A stretch of DNA of 64,000 nucleotides, taken from NCBI GenBank assembly GCA_030704615.1, contig CM060731.1, forward strand, positions 63,302,001 through 63,366,000, in the 5' to 3' direction. The first letter of the stretch is position 1. Every line of letters begins with the position of its first letter. The notes beneath the pieces were generated by a model, which did not search any database, was not told the DNA's origin, and saw only the letters and a program-made list of their open reading frames with translations. Below, in pieces: positions 22,561 through 35,661 of this stretch. Position numbers and translations under genes: made by a program. The stretch comes from Takakia lepidozioides. Taxonomy: Eukaryota; Plantae; Bryophyta.

Positions 22561-25034
22561 TTATCTTACTTTTATGTCATACTCTAGGAAAAATGTTGAA
22601 GCCATCCGCCGGAAACAGCTAACCACTTATTCGTGATGTCTTCCTTTAGGTCAGACTTGTAGTCTCACCAAAAGGAGCCAGAAGACGCGATGGCACTCAA
22701 CATCCAGTCGGACGTTGATGTTCCCAAGTTGCAACAATTTTTCTAGGGTTTCTCAGAGCGAAGATCCCCTCACCATGCCTCATCCCAGGGAAAGTTACAA
22801 CAAGCAAATGCAAGATGACTGTCGGGAAACTTCTGAAATCCAGGCCGGAATGCAAAATCCGCGCAGTAAAGGAAAGGAAAAGCTGATAGATTCAAACTCG
22901 GAAGACTGACATCTTCTTGCAAGCCGAGAGCAGGAATCCTGTGTCCGTTGTCAGCCAATGTGCATAGATCTGATTCTATGCACATTGTAAACCACTTGAT
23001 GCACAAACAGGACACCATTCCTGTGTGGCATCATGACCACCTTGAGTATGAGATTGTGTGTGGTGACTCATTAACAAAGCGTCACTCAGCCAAGCTGGAG
23101 CTCCTTATTTGACTTCCAAGAAAATGTCCGTCTATCGAGTCTGAATCTTTTCTGAAGGTGGGTCAAGCATCCCTACACTATAACTGCCGCTGCCTGCTCT
23201 ATTCATATGTTTGTTCACTTCAACAGAGGAAAAATCAAACCAGAAATACATTAAAGAAGACTAACAACTTCATGCACAGCAGTTAGACCCGGAGCTACTT
23301 ATTAGATCCTGTGGTTCCTATACATGGCCTTGCCTCGGGTTCTGGCCAAAGAACTTAGTGAAGAATATAATTTGTTAACAGGGGTTAGTCCCCTCCGAAA
23401 GAAGAAAGTACTGGAAATTGGAAAGTAAAGAATACATGCACGACGAGAGGAGACGTCAGGCTCGAATCTGGGATGTCGCCTCCGGCCTTCCCTCACCTGA
23501 TCATTGTCATTTCCTCCCCTACCCACTCCTTCATGCGATGGATTCTCTGAAGGCTTCCGTCTGGGAATCATGCCTTGTTGGCCTCTTTCCCTCCCATGGA
23601 CATTGCCTCACTCTCCTCCTGACGACATATCTGTTTGCCATTGAATTCCACCCTGTCTACACCGAACATCCAAGGAAATACTCCCCTTCAAACCTGCATT
23701 GCAAATCCAATGTCATTCAAGTCAATGTGATTTACAAATGTTATCTTTTGCATGCAGCGAATCGTCCTTACATGGGTCCTTGCAGAGTGGCACCATAAAC
23801 CTCAGGTCCTAAACGCTTAGCGAATGAAAGCCACAAAATATGTCTGTAAACATCGTCACAATTCAGGAGTTCAGAAGAAAGGCTGTCACTACGGTATATC
23901 CAGTCATGGACTTGAGGACTGCTCTTTTGCGAGAGCCTATCCAAGCCTACACCTTGCTCCAATACTAGCCCCAATCCTCCAGCTCTGTTCTTGTGTCTCC
24001 AAGTATAGATCTTGTGCACTGCTCTCCGAACATACAAAGTGTGAATCCAAGTGTAGATGATTACGACTGCTAGAGGCTTAAATTCATCACAGCAGTTGCA
24101 TCCATCTACCGTTCGACTCACGCTCTGTATGTGCAGAGAAACTCTGTAGCACTGGTCTCCAGTTTTTGGAGAAGAACCATTGGCAGCTGGACTTGGTGAC
24201 TATCAATCTTGGTATGAACCCTGTTAGCAAGACTTTATGAATACCTGAAAGCTCCTTTCCAGGTGGTTTTGTAGAGTCCTATTGCCATCCCTTCTAAGTG
24301 AAATTTTCCAAACACTGTTAAGTAGAGGGGGTGACCTGTAAAAGGGTTGCTAGATCGAAGGGGTCAAAGGGTGGATGGCCGCCAAATTGAGTTGCATCCA
24401 ACTCCAGTGGGTGGTCAAACACAAAAGCAGATGTAGAAGGAAAGAAGGTGGTACTAGGTGGTAGTCTTGACCGAGAGCATCCAGAGGAGCATCCTGGAGT
24501 GTCTTGTAGCATTGCTTTGGAAAGGCGTATGGCATTATGATGTGAGACTTGGGAAATATTATGCAGTACACGGATGGATTCTATCAGTTTGCCAAGCTAG
24601 CACCCATTCCAATCCTTGAATTTTGATTAACATTGTTAAAATGAGACAGGCACATTCCTAGGCACATTCTCAACCGTGGAGATTACAGGCCGAGCTGATC
24701 CTACCGGTGGGCTCATAAAAACCTCCTTCCATGTATCTGAGTAATAACTCTCTCGAATCCTCATGCACCGCAAAATCAGCAGGCCTAACCTCTGGAAATA
24801 CTCCCCTACACCTCAACCAAGCATACACAAGTATCCTTCAAACATGGAGAACTCCCGAGAGAGAGACTACGCCAAGCGAAGTTAGCGTAAACAAGAGCCT
24901 CCTCCCCTGCGGGTAAGAAATCTCCAAACGCTGACTTCTAGCACCTACAACCCAAATCTCAACACACAAACAGAAGAAACACTGCAACACACGTGCCACT
25001 CTAAGTCACAAAATGCAGGCACCCAAAGCAACGT

Positions 25035-26054
25035 TCAGATAATATTCAAATGATGAGGCAACTCTGGATCCAAACCTACGAGGTCGTCACCCTGAGAGCT
25101 TCGCGCTTCGCAAGCATTAGATCGTAGATCGTAAAGATCTAATGCCTCCCACAGCCACTGCCAACCTCGCAGAGTCTTGGCCCAAAAACCCGAACAAAGG
25201 CGTCCACCTTCGCTGCAAAGCCTTAGCAACAAGGTGTGTAGAGGCAGCTCTTCATACAGCGGCAGATCCTGCACACGTTGCCGCTCCACCAAATCTGCAG
25301 GTTTGATTACAATATCTGAACGATACACTGTACGTGTCCATTCGTCTGTGGAGGGACTGTTGTTTGCGTGTCTTTGAAGACGATAGCCCCTTGAATCAGA
25401 AGAAATGAGGAATAGCCGCCGCTCATCTGTGTTTCCAGAGGTGATTCGAGCTGCGTCAATTCCAATAATGGACAGGTCCTCGCAGATGCCCACATTGAGC
25501 CACAGCACGCCCGTCAAGCGAAATGCCTCTATGAGAGTTCGTTGCTTGACGGTTAACCGACGTCTGAACTGCTTTTCCACGATGGCTCGAGCTTCAGCCT
25601 CTGCAAACTGAAAGTTACAATGACGCAACAATAACTGGATTTCCAATTTTTTCTCCCTGTGTGCTGCAATGTTAGCGAAAATAGCTTCCTCCAATTTGTC
25701 GAACCAATCTTCAGAATCGAACTCAACTTGTGAGACCTCAACCTCCCGAGCTGTAAAAATCTCGTCCGACTCTATCTTGCGCCCGTTAAAACTATCTAAA
25801 ATTCTAACGAAGAGGTGTTTCTCGGGATCACCACTGGGAGTTGTGCCCGAGCTATTAACTGCACGCGCACCCTCTTCTTTGTAAAGATCGAGGTAAAGAT
25901 GTCTCTCAGCATGAGCTACTGCAGCTTCTAGCACTGCAAGATATTCAGCCTCTATCAGTGCAATATATTCAGTTTCACCCAGCGATTCAGCCCACCCACG
26001 GATGTCTTCTTCCCTGCTCGCAATGCGACTAGAAATGACAATAGGTTCCATTGT
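25035..26054 (-). CDS. Orphan intronless ORF (~340 aa), function unknown, possibly TE-associated
   Basis: Long open frame with an acidic, helical composition. No motif recognised. Confidence 0.45.
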   Translation of the reverse strand, partial: TMEPIVISSRIASREEDIRGWAESLGETEYIALIEAEYLAVLEAAVAHAERHLYLDLYKEEGARAVNSSGTTPSGDPEKHLFVRILDSFNGRKIESDEIFTAREVEVSQVEFDSEDWFDKLEEAIFANIAAHREKKLEIQLLLRHCNFQFAEAEARAIVEKQFRRRLTVKQRTLIEAFRLTGVLWLNVGICEDLSIIGIDAARITSGNTDERRLFLISSDSRGYRLQRHANNSPSTDEWTRTVYRSDIVIKPADLVERQRVQDLPLYEELPLHTLLLRLCSEGGRLCSGFWAKTLRGWQWLWEALDLYDLRSNACEARSSQGDDLVGLDPELPHHLNII

Positions 26055-27419
26055 CAAATGTAGCAGATCGCAGGGACAGATTCACGCAGTGAGCTCGTGA
26101 GCTCTCTTACTATACACTCACAGCCGCCTTGGTTCAGCCCTGATCATCCCTAATCTCTCTCACCAACCAGGATTAGCCACTAAGCTTTTAGTCAGTGGTA
26201 TTTGCGGTTCATCTGCCTACCCGATATCTCCACCACGTTTTGAGCTGCTCCCAGATTCTCCTATCCTCTGAAAGTCTGCTCTAGATAAGGGTTTGTTTAG
26301 TCTTAGAAAGTTTTCTCAGTTTTGCATTGCTTCAATAGAGGTACTATACCCGTAGAGGAAACTCTCTTGCACATACCTCCAACTTCAGCACAGATCTGTA
26401 TAAGTAAACCTTCAACACGGTTGTGCACCGAACAACGATCCCTTCACCATCTTCATGAATGCCTTAGGTACTTACACCCAAAACCAGAGGAGCCTAGCTG
26501 CAGCCTCCAGTCACTGGCATGCTTGGTTTAGAGGAAGTCCAGACTTAAGCTTGTTCATGGCCATGATCCAGGTACGTTGCTGCGCTAACCAAGCAGCTAC
26601 TTTAGTAGGGCAGCTCAACGCAGATCGTAACGGTCCACGGCCGTCATACCTTAATGCCAACTAAAATCTGTCCGACGTCATGAATAAGGAGATATTGATG
26701 CAAGGAGAGTCTGCGCCACCACAAGACACTTACCGTGTACGCATTGGGGTTTCAATGTCTAGACTCGATCTACAATCTGTACTCTCCATTGTTCGCGCTC
26801 GATCTGCAATCTGTACTCTGGATTGTGCTGATCTTGTGTCATGAAGGCGCTGCATCTCGGCCGATTTAAGCACAAAGAGAGGCAATAGGATTCAGAATTT
26901 TGAGTAAGATATTTGAGAGAATGTAGTAGATCGCAGAGACAGACAGATCCATGAATCCTTTGTAATTTTTCTTTTCATATATCTTATGGCTTTCGCATGG
27001 GATAGGTACCTCCTTTCTCGTGTGTTGGGCCGCGCCTTGCCGGATCAAGTTAGGGACTACATAATAAGGGCCTACATAACTTGGCCAAATTCCTTACCCT
27101 TTACGGGCCTGAATTGTGGGCTGTGGCTCCCAGGTTTCCTTTTGAAAAATAAAAATAAAAATATGTAATTATATGATTAATTATAAAACTGTATGTTCCC
27201 AAGAGTTCCATTGGAAGAACCAATGATATAAGCCGCAAACCGCGAGAGGCTCTGTCCATTGTCCATTGTTACCATGACGTATGGTTACCTTACGCAATTT
27301 TGACAAGCTGCCACGTGGTTTATATTTAAGAGCTTTTTTAGAGCAATCACACTCTTCACATGGTGTAAGGTCCGTTGATTACATTTCCTCCATTGACTTG
27401 AACATGCTGCAGCCCTGAA

Positions 27420-28337
27420 GGGACAGAAACCAGCCCCATTTACAGTAACAATGGCAGATCAAAGAAGTGTACAGCCATTGGGATTAATAAGAGGAGTTAA
27501 GATACAGATACAGAAGATGATCTTTATGATCACAGTAACTGTGTTGAAGATGGATGAAGTCATGGAGGCTTACTCCTTATTATTGGGACGTCCGTGGCTG
27601 AAACAGGCTAGGGTATTCCATGACTGGAATTCTCAGTTACTAACTGTGCATAATGGGATACACGAGATACAAATTACCACAAAGAAATCTAGTAGATTAC
27701 CTGCTACAAGAAGACCTCGAGGAGTCAGAGAGTATGACTGGAAAGGAGGACTGGATGAGGAGCAGGAAGCTACCCTATTTGCTGCACACCCAGAGTGGGA
27801 GCAGGTTGCAGAGATGCGGCTGGAAAGCCTAAGTTGTTTAAGAGGTATCTGTTGTGGTGTAGTGACAGCAACACCAACTGAAGAGGAAACCAGCAGTTAC
27901 CCATCACATTTCTATGAAGAAAGAGAAGGAGAAATGGAAATCCTAGAGGAACCAGCCACTGTGAGCTTACAGGATGAAGTGGTGACTGGTTGGACAATCA
28001 CAGCTGATGAACAAGTGAGGGAAGTGAATGTGGGAACTAAAGAGGAACCGAAGATGGTGAAAGTAGGAGCTGATTTGGAGCCGGAGTTCTTTGAAGAAGC
28101 TAAAAGCTTGTTCATCAAATACAGAGATGTATTTGCTTGGAGCTATGAGGATTTAAAAGGGATACCACCTGAAGTCTGTCAGCATAAGATTGAACTGGAA
28201 CCAGGGTCAGTACCAATCAAGCAGGCGAGGTACAGAATGAATCCCAACTACGCACAGAAGGTTGGAGAAGAGATTAAGAAGTTGGCTGAGGCTAAGTTTA
28301 TATACCCAATAGAGTATACAACTTGGTTGTCACCCAT
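27420..28337 (+). mobile_element. Ty3/Gypsy pol fragment (aspartic protease C-half to RT start), element A
   Basis: 'YSLLLGRPWL', 'KYRDVFAWSYEDLKGIPPEVCQHKIEL', 'TTWLSPIV'. Cut at 28337 by an LTR. Confidence 0.9.
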
Positions 28338-31300
28338 TGTTAGAGGACTGTTGGGGACTTAGACACTTATACGGGATCTGTAGGGTACCCTTAATTTTTG
28401 CACAGACTGAGACCAACAGGAGCCTTAGGGGTGACAGCAGCGCACTGTAGAGGGGGGTTACACAGCCAACACAGCCCGTCAAAGTCGTCACAGCAGACAC
28501 AGCCGACACAGCCAACACAGCCCGTCACAGTCGTCACAGCAGACACAGCCGACACAGCCAACACAGCCCGTCACAGTCGTCACAGCAGACACAGCCGACA
28601 CAGCCAACACAGCCCGTCACAGTCGTCACAGCAGACACAGCCGACACAGCCAACACAGCCCGTCACAGTCGTCACAGCAGACACAGCCACACAGCCAGTC
28701 ACAGCCAAACACAGTCGCACAGCTAGTCACAGCCCGTCACAGTTTCACACAGCTAGTCACAGCTTGACACAGCTGTCACGACCATTGGGAACGGAGAGCA
28801 GGACAAGGAACGACTGAGGGGAACAACACCTGCAAATGGAACATGTAGTTCACGACGGCGGTTAGTGAGGGAAACGGTTAGAGCCACGGGTAGGAAGATA
28901 AAGGGAGAAGCAGGGAATTTTGGGGATATCATTCGGAGGAGAACTTCTGGGTGATGCAGGAGAGGAGATCGGAAGCAAAGATGGAGAGCACGGTGAAGGA
29001 GGAAAGAGGATTAGAAGATGCTTGTTTTATGCAAAGCGATAGTGATATAGTAGAGCAGATTAGAGACACAATGGCTTCGGACTGATACCTGATAAATCAT
29101 AATCTGATACTTATACGATACAATCACACTGTGTAGAGAGATCTGAGTGAAGCTGTGGAATGAATGGATGAGTTGATGGAATCCAATAGATTGATGAAGC
29201 AAACTGATACTTAATTATCAATGGTAAGGTAGCTAACATGATGCCAAAGGGAAACAAATAGGAAACAACCCCATGATACACTAGCTGTAGGTCATGACTG
29301 ATTGTTCTGCGCGGGCTGAGTACTTAGAGATTTCCAACTCTTCTATCTTGGAGTTTCCGCCTCGGATAGCGAAGGGATGGGTGAGTAAAAGCTGCGCGAC
29401 ATTTGGCGACCATACTGGGGAACTGAGTCATGAACAACCAGATGTGACAGGCATCTGGTGGGATCATGGTGGTTGGACCATTAAAGAATTTGAAGTGAAT
29501 CAAATTCCATGTGGAACGAAGGAAGAAAGATTGTCCAAACAATTCTTTCAAAGGTTCTTGGAATTGCCAGACGGTTGTAAAGAAAATATTCTTAAGCGAG
29601 TGCATGATGCTGATCCGGAATGGGGTCTGGAGAAAGGAGTGTAAAGATTTATCAGGTAGCCTGTAGAGGAAGAGCACGTTGGTTACCCACGTTGGTTTAT
29701 GTGATAGCATTGCTATCCATTAAGCGAGTAGAGTTTGAAGGCTGGGAAGAAAGAAAGGTGAATGTTTATACTCATATGCATGAAGAGCTTGTACTGGTAA
29801 AGAATTGGATTCCGAAGGATATTTTGTGGATCAAACTCACACCAAGAACAACTTTCCAGACTTGTTTGCCATATGGTTATATGGTAACGGAGACTTCAAG
29901 TATAGCCAAGGGTGCATTGAAGCTTGAAAGAAACCCAGGCATATACGAGAGATATTACAGAAGAGAGTTTTGGTTATTGCCACATTAAAAAGAAATGAAA
30001 GACATGGGACATGAGTGATGAAAGAGAAGCTAGACGCCAAAGATATTCAGCAAAAAGATAAAGCTATCTGAAAGCTAATTATCCATATCTTTGGGAGAGA
30101 GGAATAGACATAGGGGAATCATCTGGACCTCTCACATCATTAAGATCCAAGAGTACATCACCCATACCGGAAGAACTAGAGTTGGATGCCACTCCTTCTG
30201 TTTCTTTGCAAGAAAGATTAAGGGAATTGGTACAGGAGGAAGATCAATCACGAGGTGAAAGATCTGAGGTACATCCCTGGATAAAAGATTTGACAGAAAT
30301 CTTTGATAAGAGTTGGCATGGAACACCAAAAGCAGGAACTCCAGTTTCTGAAGCAGAAGGTGAGAAGAAGAGAGAAGAGGATGTGGCAGAGCCAACGGAG
30401 AGTTCAGACTCTCCAACAGCATTACAGTTGAGTTACATGAGTGAAGAAGAAACCCAAGGGCAAAACTTGGAGGATGAAAACAGAGAGAAGAAATTGGAAG
30501 AGGAAGGATATGAAGAAGTAGACCTAACAGCTGAGGTTGAGACTACAACCAGGACATCCCAACCCGTTGGACCTGGATCAAGTGGAGCACTTGGATCAGA
30601 GGCCAACGAAGGTGTCGGCTCAGGGGGATCAGGCGGGTTGCCTGGATCTGGCTTTGGGGGGACAGGGAGTGTGGGAAGTAGTGCAACTGAAGCTGGGAAT
30701 ACCGTGAATATCGTGGGGCCGGAAGCAGGGAGTGCTCAAGGGCCACCACTTGGTGGAAGATCCACTACAAAAACAACAGGTCCAGAAGGACCAACACCAG
30801 CAAGGGTGCCAGCACCTGTCTGTGGGCAGAAGGTAGGGCCACAGATGGCGTTACAACCAACACGGGCAAAACCACCCTTTCCAATATATTCAGGAAAAGG
30901 GGATCCGATGTACACATTAGCCAATTTGAGCACATGTGTATAGTGAACAATGAGAATGGCGATGATGCCAAGATGAGATTGTTTCCTTGTTCACTTATCA
31001 AGAAAGCAAGTGAATGGTATGCAAGATTCCCTGATAATCATTTCCTAACCTGGAATGGCTTGAATACAGCATTTCGAAATAGGTTCAGGACAAGTCAAAC
31101 TGAGGATGAAGTGTATGGAAGTTTACAAGAGCTGAAGCAGAAGAAGCATGAAACTGTTGAAGAGTATATGGAGAAGATGGAATTGATGATGAAAAAGCTG
31201 GCTGCAGTACCAGCACCCGGGTTACAGAAGACTTGGTTTGTGAGTGGGACTAAGACCAGAGTTGCAAAAGAAAGTGGATATGTTACCCCATAATACAGTG

Positions 31301-32497
31301 GAGGAGGCATTTGAGACTGCTAACAGAATTGAGCAATTGGGAATGCTCAGGAGAGAGAAAAAAAATGATGAGGACTCTGAGGATGAGTCAGATGAAGAAG
31401 AAGAGCAAGAACTAAAAAGAAAGAGTAAGAGAAAGGAGAAGTTGAAGAGGGATACCTATGAAAAAAGATTGGAAGAAATCTTGAAGAAGTATGCCACAGA
31501 GGCTGCAACACATTGGAGGAAGGGTGTATGGTGTGCAAAGTGCCAAAATGAAGGCCATACCACCACTGAATGCCACATGAAGGAGAAATACTGTACTATC
31601 TGTAAAATGGATAACCATTCTACTGAGAATTGTTACTACAACAAGAAGGACAGCTGCAAGAGAACCTAGGCAAGTAAGGGTGCATCAGGTGCAGCCCCAG
31701 CCAAGAAGAAACAATGATCAGGACCACTATGGTAGGTCTGGTGGTTATAACAATGGCATGGAAGGGAGAGGTAATTCAAGAGGGAGTTACCAAGGAAATT
31801 CCAGAGGCAACTATCAGGGTAATCCAAGGGGGAATTACCAGCCCGGGAATCAGGATTACAGAAATAATCCAAGAGCAGACCAAGGGCGAGGACCCAATGG
31901 TGAAGAACTATGTTACTATTGTAATCAGCCAGGACATCGCAAGGCAGCCTGTTCATTCTGGATTAGACACCAGAATGAGATGAGAGCTCCTGTGAATGAG
32001 GGCCCAGTGGTGCAGCTCACATGGTTAGGCCATGTGTTGTACCAGAAGTAAGTACAATGATAGTAACAAGAAGTAAAGCCAAACTAATACCTCCAGTAGT
32101 AGAGGAAGAAGATGATAATGAAGGTGGCAATGATATGCCTGAAGATGAAGAGACTTGGAAAGATGAGAAGGAACTGCACAAGGAAGTGACAGATACTATA
32201 AGGGAAATGCAGAAGAGTACTGATATTCCTGTGGCAGATTCCTCTGATTCTGATGGAGAAGAAAAGACGAAGGGGAGTGAGGAAGAAAGGAAGAAAAAGA
32301 ATATGCAGACATGAAAGTAATGAAGAGACTTTGGCTGAAGTAATATGCCAGACCAAAGCAGAAACCATTGGACAGCTATTAGCTGTGGCCCTTATTGTAG
32401 GCACAGGTTGTATCAAGCAATCAATCGAATTGCCCAGGAGACAGGAAACACAGACCTGAACAGCAAGGTGACCGGTTATAATGTGAAGCCGGAAGGG
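28338..32497 (+). mobile_element. Ty3/Gypsy element B: 5' LTR, PBS, extra ORF and frameshifted gag
   Basis: LTR TGTTAG...GCGACA (28338-29401) and PBS TGGCGACCATACTGGGGA (29404-29421, tRNA-Arg-like). Gag domain 'MRLFPCSLIKKASEWY...LKQKKHETVEEY' and CCHC knuckles (CAKCQNEGHTTTEC, CTICKMDNHSTENC, CYYCNQPGHRKAAC). Confidence 0.9.
28460..28778 (+). repeat. 46-bp higher-order tandem repeat of CACAG-containing ~9-mers inside LTR B
   Basis: CAGCAGAC recurs at 28491, 28537, 28583, 28629 and 28675 (46-bp period). A shorter array is present in LTR C at 33140-33393. Confidence 0.92.
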
Positions 32498-35400
32498 TGT
32501 CGCACGGCTTTTACTCACCCATCCCTTCGCTATTCGAGGCGGAAACTCCAAGATAGAAGAGTTGGAAATCTCTTAGTACTCAGCCCGTGCAGAACAATCA
32601 GTCATGACCTACAGCTAGTGTATCATGGGGGTATTTCCTATTTGTTTTCCTTTTGGTATAATGTTAGCTATTTACCATTGATAATTAAGTATCAGTTTGC
32701 TTTATCAATCTATTGGATTCCATCAGCTCATCCATGCATTTCACAGCTTCACTCAGATCTCTCTACACAGTGTGATTGTATCGTAAAAGGATCCGATTAT
32801 GATTTATCAGGTATCAGGCCGAAGCCATTGTGTCTCTAATCTGCTCTACAAATCATTATAGCCTTGTCTATATCAAGCATGACTCATCATTCTCTATCTT
32901 CACTTCCGTTCCTCATCTCACCCGATCCCCTCTCCTCTATCACCAAGAGTCCTCATCCGAATGGTTTCCTCAATTCACCGTGTCTCCCTTTATCTCTTAC
33001 CGCGTTTCTAACCGTTCCCTCGCCAACACGTCGTCTGTCAATAACATGTTCCCTTCGCAGGTGTGGTTCCCCAAAAGTTCGTTTTCCCTGTCCTACTCTT
33101 CGTTCTCTATGTCGTGAAAGCCGTGTGTCATAAGCGAGTGTGACTGGCTGTGTGGAAACTGTGACGGGCTGTGTCTTGTGCGTGACTGGTTTGGCTGAAT
33201 GGTTCGGCTTGTTGTGTCGGGGCTGTGTGGCTGTGCCGGGCTGTGTCGCTGTGTCGGCTGTGTCTGCTGTGACGACTGTGACGGGCTGTGTTGGCTGTGT
33301 TGGCTGTGACGACTGTGACGGGCTGTGTTGGCTGTGTCTGCTGTGACCGGCTGTGTTGGCTGTGTCGGCTGTGACGACTGTGACGGGCTGTGTAACCCCC
33401 CCGACCCCAACCCCCCCCCCCTCTACAGTGCGCTGCTGTCACCCTAAGGCTCCTGTTGGTCTCAGTCTGTGCAAAAATTAAGGGTACCCCTACAGATCCC
33501 CGTATAAGTGTCTAAGTCCCCGAAGTCCTCTAACATTACCCCTTCCCCCCTCAAAAAAAACCGTGTCCTCACGGTTTTACTGATTTCTACTAGCAAACCT
33601 TTGTGAGTGAGCACCTTCTTGACGTTGAGAGTTTCGTGGCGGACTGTGTGTACGAGCCCGAGGTCTTCTCTGGTTGACGGAGATGGTTGATCACTACCTG
33701 GATAAGTGAGGCCCTCTGGAGGCTGGATATCGAGGTAACCTTTCCGGCATAGGAGACCCCCGTCGCTTCTTCTCTTCTGCCATCTGAATTGCATAGTCTT
33801 CTCCCATGTCAAAAGAATTCGGTGAAGAAACAGTTGTATCAGAATCCTCATCGCCTCTCAGGTGTTAAATTTTCGAACTTTTTGTGTAATCATCTGGGGC
33901 ATACAATGCTGTCCTACCATTTCTGGAATTTGTATTTTACAACATGGGTAACCGCTGAACAGCAAAATTGGTGTAGACACTGAGCTCCTTGTCGTCCAGG
34001 TGAGTGGGGTACCAATTCCACTGGTGCAGCGCTGTCAAGTACTTCCATGCCACATGTCCCTTTATAGAAAATGTCATCAATGCCGAATTTCTGTGTTGAC
34101 AAATGGTTCCAGGCCGCTTGAAACCATGAACGAATTTGAGAATCCTTTTGCATCATAACTTTTGGGTCATATAGGTACATATGAGGTGGCACCGAAGGTA
34201 ATACCCAATGATCTCCACTGGAATAACTTTGAAAGCGTGTTTGCATCTTTTGTTGCTCAATGTGGTAACGTACCAGAAAACAAGCAGCGTAGTATAAACC
34301 CTGCACCCCATGACAATACTTGCTATCTCTTGGTCTTGGTATAAATGAGTCCATGTACAACCTGGAAAGCAAATCAATTCCCTCAACATGGTACCCTGCT
34401 GCTCGTGCCAGTATTGTGGCAAAGTGATGATCTTCAATATGTCGATTGTTCGGAAGAACTTTAGTCCTAGTTGCCACTGGCAGCCAAATACGCATGATTT
34501 GGTAGTAATGTGCGAATGACTGCGGAGGACTAAATTCTTTCCAAGCAAAAATCAACATGATGGGAATTTGGTTGAAGGGCATAATCATCAGCCCTACTGT
34601 ACTCCCTTGCAGCTGGAGTTTTAGGTGGTTAAAAGCGGCATTGCCCCACCTACCTCCTGTGTGGTGGCTGTGGTGTGGTTGTAGTAACCACAAGGTTCAG
34701 CTACTGGTACAGTGACTTGTTGTGGTGGTGGTGGTACTTGCTCTTGTATCATTGGCATCTTCTGCACCTCCTGTGAAGACTGAAAAGCCAAGTTCTGGCT
34801 TGTAAATAAGAAGCCATTAGCTGTTCCTGAGGGATATAGACTCTTTGGTCCATGTTTGAAGTGAGGTCTTCCACTTGAGTCTGGAGTCCGTCTACATCCT
34901 CTTTGTACGCTCTATCCTCGCTACTATAGACATTGTCTATAGTAGTTGTGGCAATGTTCTGCACCTGCAGCCTGAGCTCATTCATCTCGCTTTGGGTGAG
35001 CTTCCGTGGTGCTTTGCCCTCTACTGGCCCTTGTGCTAACCAGACCTGCATAAGGCTGTTATCCACCAAGTTGCTTGTGGTTCCCCTGAGAGTTTGCTCG
35101 CTCTCTTAGCTTGTACCGATTCCAACTACTGTTGTAAGCCTCCATGCGCTTTCGCCTGAGTTCAACCAATTGCGCATAAGCAGCATGATTATTTGGCTTC
35201 CTCCAAGCCTTGTTATTGACTGCGATTTCCATTTTTATTGGGCCATGATGGTTTGTTGCAACTCCACGATGTGCTTTCTCTTGATCAGCTTCAATCTGCC
35301 TGTATTGCTTTGAAAGTATCTTCATTGCGACAGATTGTATTCTTCATATCGACAATGAGCTTCATTTGCTCAACATTCTCTTCTTCTGCCTTCGTACATT

Positions 35401-35661
35401 TTTCCGCTTGCTGTTTATTTCTTTTGTAGATTGGTCAACATAGTTGTAAATGTAGCACATTGTATCGCCATCCTGTTATGACCCTGTCATGCAACTCCGT
35501 ATGTGTGCATTCAGTTCTTGCAACTTACTTTCATGATGCCACCTGCATTTGGTATAGCTGTTGCTTATGTGGTCTTCTTGCAACTGGTCTTTCTTGCGCG
35601 AGGCCTGCCTCAACAATTGTTGCTTGGCCAATTGCAAAGCCATTTCTGTATTTCCCAAGTC
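32498..35661 (-). mobile_element. Ty3/Gypsy element C (same family as B) inserted antisense into B's gag: 3' LTR, PPT and 3' accessory ORF region
   Basis: 32498-33535 is a diverged reverse complement of LTR B. The PPT GAGGGGGGAAGGGG lies immediately upstream on the minus strand. Disrupted minus-strand ORFs span 33860-35660 and run into the gap. Confidence 0.88.

Noticed and set aside
28460-28778. Regular repeat array resembling a CRISPR array
   Set aside because: No unique spacers and no cas genes. It is a pure tandem repeat inside a eukaryotic LTR.
28338-33535. Single element with long terminal inverted repeats (DIRS-like or autointegration product)
   Set aside because: The arms are visibly diverged, one is followed by a PBS and the other preceded by a PPT outside the pair. 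Two nested LTR elements explain this better.
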